From Catajapyx aquilonaris (Eukaryota), in NCBI GenBank assembly GCA_000934665.2, contig JYFJ02004045.1, forward strand, positions 1 to 35,381: a stretch of DNA of 35,381 nucleotides, in the 5' to 3' direction. The stretch's first letter is position 1. Each line of letters starts with the position of its first letter. The notes under the pieces are model-generated. The model saw only the letters and a list, made by a program, of their open reading frames with translations. It was not told where the DNA came from and did no database searches. The translations under genes were made by a program, and so were the position numbers. This document shows positions 32,698 through 35,381 of this stretch, piece after piece.

Positions 32698-32703
32698 AAT
32701 AAA
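32698..32703 (+). promoter_or_regulatory. Candidate polyadenylation signal of megalin (implies ~1.9 kb 3' UTR)
   Basis: First AATAAA I found downstream of the stop codon; preceded by AT-rich UTR-like sequence and followed by G/T-rich tracts. Confidence 0.5.
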
Positions 32704-32799
32704 TATACAACTATGAATTGGAGTGCTTTTTGACCATTTGCTTCCAGACATGCGGTGCTGTTCAGTCTGTTGCACTACAGACTGCACTATTTGTGGATA

Positions 32800-33183
32800 T
32801 CGTCAGATATCGTAATAGGTAGTTCTCCCACCACTCAACACGTGGCGCTGTTTTTTCCCGCCATCTGCCGGCGATTGTGGCGCCCCCCAGCGGACCAAGA
32901 GGGAATCAATGTGTAATGGCCGACTCTGAGCGGAAACCGTTGGACGTTGGGTCAACCTTTCTGTCCAGTTCCTGTCCGTTAAAGGCCGTGGGATGAGCAG
33001 GCCCAAGCCCCAAATGAAGGACTGACCTAGTGGAGTAGAGAGAAGGTGGTCACCAGTCGCGGCTTGTCAGCACCAGAGGGCATCACGTCTGGTCCTTTGC
33101 CTGGTCAAGAGTTGTTCCCAGTCCCAGCTCCTAGGCCTGCCTGCTTCCTCCCTTGATAGTTGAACCACCACAGCAGCCCGTAG
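32800..33183 (+). promoter_or_regulatory. CpG-rich promoter/5' region of the BED-finger gene with CTCF-like motifs
   Basis: CpG dinucleotides reappear abruptly after a CpG-poor UTR; CCGGCAGATGGCGG on - strand at 32858-32871. Confidence 0.45.
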
Positions 33184-33231
33184 ATGGCCAGCATGGAGGG
33201 CCAAACAGGACCACAGTCGCTTGTGGTGCAG
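33184..33231 (+). CDS. Putative first coding exon of BED zinc-finger gene (MASMEGQTGPQSLVVQ)
   Basis: ATG directly after an in-frame TAG; 16 codons ending CAG|gtaatg; phase 0 matches the acceptor at 33550. Confidence 0.6.
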
Positions 33232-33549
33232 GTAATGCAACATTTGCCTCGTGCGGCCTACTGTAGTTGTAAGAGCTCCGAGGCGCAAAGACTGATACTT
33301 CTCAATACGAGACTCATGTAAAAAAGCGCAACCCGCGGCGTCAACGCGACTGAAAACCGAAACTATCAATGGCCTGTGTGTATGGACCTTGAGAGTACTG
33401 AAGCAAATTATAGACATCTTAGAACGAGCGAAAGTCAACGCATTTGAGAAATGGCTTCACACGAGCTTGGGAACACACTTTTGTGGCGTTTCAATCATAG
33501 TTTAGCACAGATTTCTTCAGTTTTATTGTATCTTCTCATGATTTGACAG

Positions 33550-34266
33550 GTTGTGTCAAGCGTTGCGGAGATTCCGACAGTCAAGTCTCATCGTACCAAG
33601 CGCAGTTCACTGTGGAAGTACTTCACACGGAGTGACACTGAAGGTGTGGCCACCTGCAACCAGTGTGAAAAGCTCCTCTCTTGGCGTACTTCCATCTCCA
33701 ACCTGAAGGCTCACCTCAGGTATCATCACCCTGCCACCTACTTGGAGTTGGAGGGTCTGCCTAAAGACGAGGGCGGGAGAGTGTCCTTTGTCGTCCTGGA
33801 TACGCCTTCTGAGGAGCACGGTGGCCCTGTTGCTTTGATTGTCCCAGACAGGATTCCACTCAAACCGCCCCAGGTTGACAAGAGGCACAGCAGGATGTGG
33901 AGCTTCTTCACTGATGTGTCAAGCATCAAACGAGTTGCTAGGTGCCGGTTGTGTAAGAAGAAACTTTCCTACAAGACTTCGATATCAAACCTGAAAATGC
34001 ATATGCGGAAGATGCATCCTTACATCAACGTGGATGGTCCAGAAGAGGGGGGACCCACTGACGAGGAATTGATAGCATTGCATTCAGCTGCAGTCACGGC
34101 CAGTCAAGTCAGTGCAGCTAATATATCAACCATTGATGCTTCCCAACTCAAGAACACTCCGCTGAAGAGAAAGCGATCACCCCCCAAAAAATTCAGAAGG
34201 ATCCAACAAAAGCATGGGATTCCTCTGCGCAAAAGCATGACCACATCCCCTTCCAAGATGGCAAAG
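33550..34266 (+). CDS. Zinc finger BED domain-containing protein, exon with two BED fingers (3'-partial)
   Basis: tgacag| ... AAG|gtaac; SSLWKYF...CNQC...TSISNLKAHLRYHH and SRMWSFF...CRLC...TSISNLKMHMRKMH; basic NLS-like KRKRSPPKKFRR. Confidence 0.88.
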
Positions 34267-34499
34267 GTAACATCCTATATTTTGATGGGTCCAGTTGTTC
34301 TTTGATGCCATGGGCAGACATGACTTGATAGACTGCATGCACACAAAAAGGCAATCTGTCACCTGGCACTGCAGGTGCAGTGCAGGAATCACAATTCTCC
34401 CTAGTTGCCCTTTTCCCCCTTGTGACATGCTGTGACAGGTTGAAAAGTTCCCTAGACATCACCTCCTTGTGTGAGCACTATCATTAGCAGGTGCATTAA

Positions 34500-34683
34500 G
34501 GTGCGTTTACATGTGAGCGATGTGACGAGCAAAGTCGTCACCAAGTGAAGTAACCAATATTGTTTGAGGTGAAAGTAACAATCGATTTTCACCTCCAACA
34601 ATACTGGTTACTCTGGTTACTCAACGTTGTTATCGCTCGGCGATGACATCGAGCAACCAAATCGCTCACATGTAAACGCTGCG
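34500..34683. mobile_element. PIF/Harbinger (Tourist-like) fold-back MITE in the BED gene intron
   Basis: 19-bp perfect IR GCGTTTACATGTGAGCGAT (34503-34521 / 34661-34679); inner 25-bp IR (23/25); flanked by TAA and TTA. Confidence 0.7.
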
Positions 34684-35381
34684 TTAGTTTGTCATTTGAC
34701 ATTGTTCCACATTAATTTACCATCGCCTGCCACCTGAAATGGGATCTGTTGCTTTCTTTGTGCATAGAATTAGGTGCTTTGTAGGTAAATGTAGCTTCTC
34801 TCTAATGACCACCACGGCCAATTTTATCATGGGCAATTTAGGTTGTAAAGTTTCTGTGAGTTCATTGGAATTTGTTTCAGATTTATCTACAATACAGAGT
34901 AATAAGCATTAAACCTGTGGCATCTGAACATACTGGATGAGAGCAAAGATTGTTGGGTCAGTTCATTGGAGCCTTCCATATGCATTGTTTCCAACTTTGC
35001 CATTGCAGTACAAGCTGCATACCTTAATTTGTCAGATACCAGCATATTGTATGCCAAATCCAGAACAGTGTTTTAGATTCCTTTTCAAAGGGACAGTAAT
35101 ATTAATTATGCCCAAACCGGGCAATGAAACGTTTTCAAAAGTGGTATGAGGATATTTAAGTCCCCATGTGTACCATTAATCGCAAAAGTAATGTCGCACT
35201 GACTGTTATGTGATGGCATCCGTGACTGAAGTGGGATTTACACAGTCATGTCCTGCACGGATTCGACCGAACTCAACCATAGAACCTTCTGTGTAAATGG
35301 CATTCCATGTTGGATCTGACGTCGGAGCCAGGGAAGCCAGCTCAAGTCACCTAGGATCGTCGGAGACAGGAGAGGTGGGGG

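Noticed and set aside
35236..35298. 10-bp inverted repeat ATTTACACAG...CTGTGTAAAT, or a possible short terminal exon of the BED gene after cacag at 35245
   Set aside because: Too short to call a MITE; the acceptor lacks a pyrimidine tract; cannot be resolved at the window edge

Overview
Eukaryotic genomic DNA, probably arthropod (inferred from the protein and the many ~55-90 bp GT-AG introns; species not determinable). Most of the window (2484-30819, + strand) is a multi-exon LRP2/megalin gene. I traced 43 coding exons whose splice phases join into one frame of ~13.6 kb (~4,550 codons). Domain content: LDL-A clusters of 5 (in window)/8/10/11 repeats, 8 YWTD beta-propellers, EGF repeats, one TM helix and an FxNPxY tail. 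The signal peptide and first exon(s) were not found and probably lie upstream of the window. A ~1.9 kb putative 3' UTR follows, then a CpG-rich spacer with CTCF-like motifs, then the first two coding exons of a double BED zinc-finger gene (33184-34266, 3' end not resolved). The larger introns hold non-autonomous transposon-like DNA: a Tc1/mariner-type fold-back MITE, a 1.4 kb Helitron-like element with nested fragments, two copies of one TIR family, a Helentron/DINE-like candidate carrying a ~34-bp-period array of palindromes, a Harbinger-like MITE and several near-perfect hairpins. CpG content drops sharply along the gene, suggesting gene-body methylation. I see no convincing evidence of a wholly new system. 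The best leads are the palindromic array, the composite Helitron and the BED gene.
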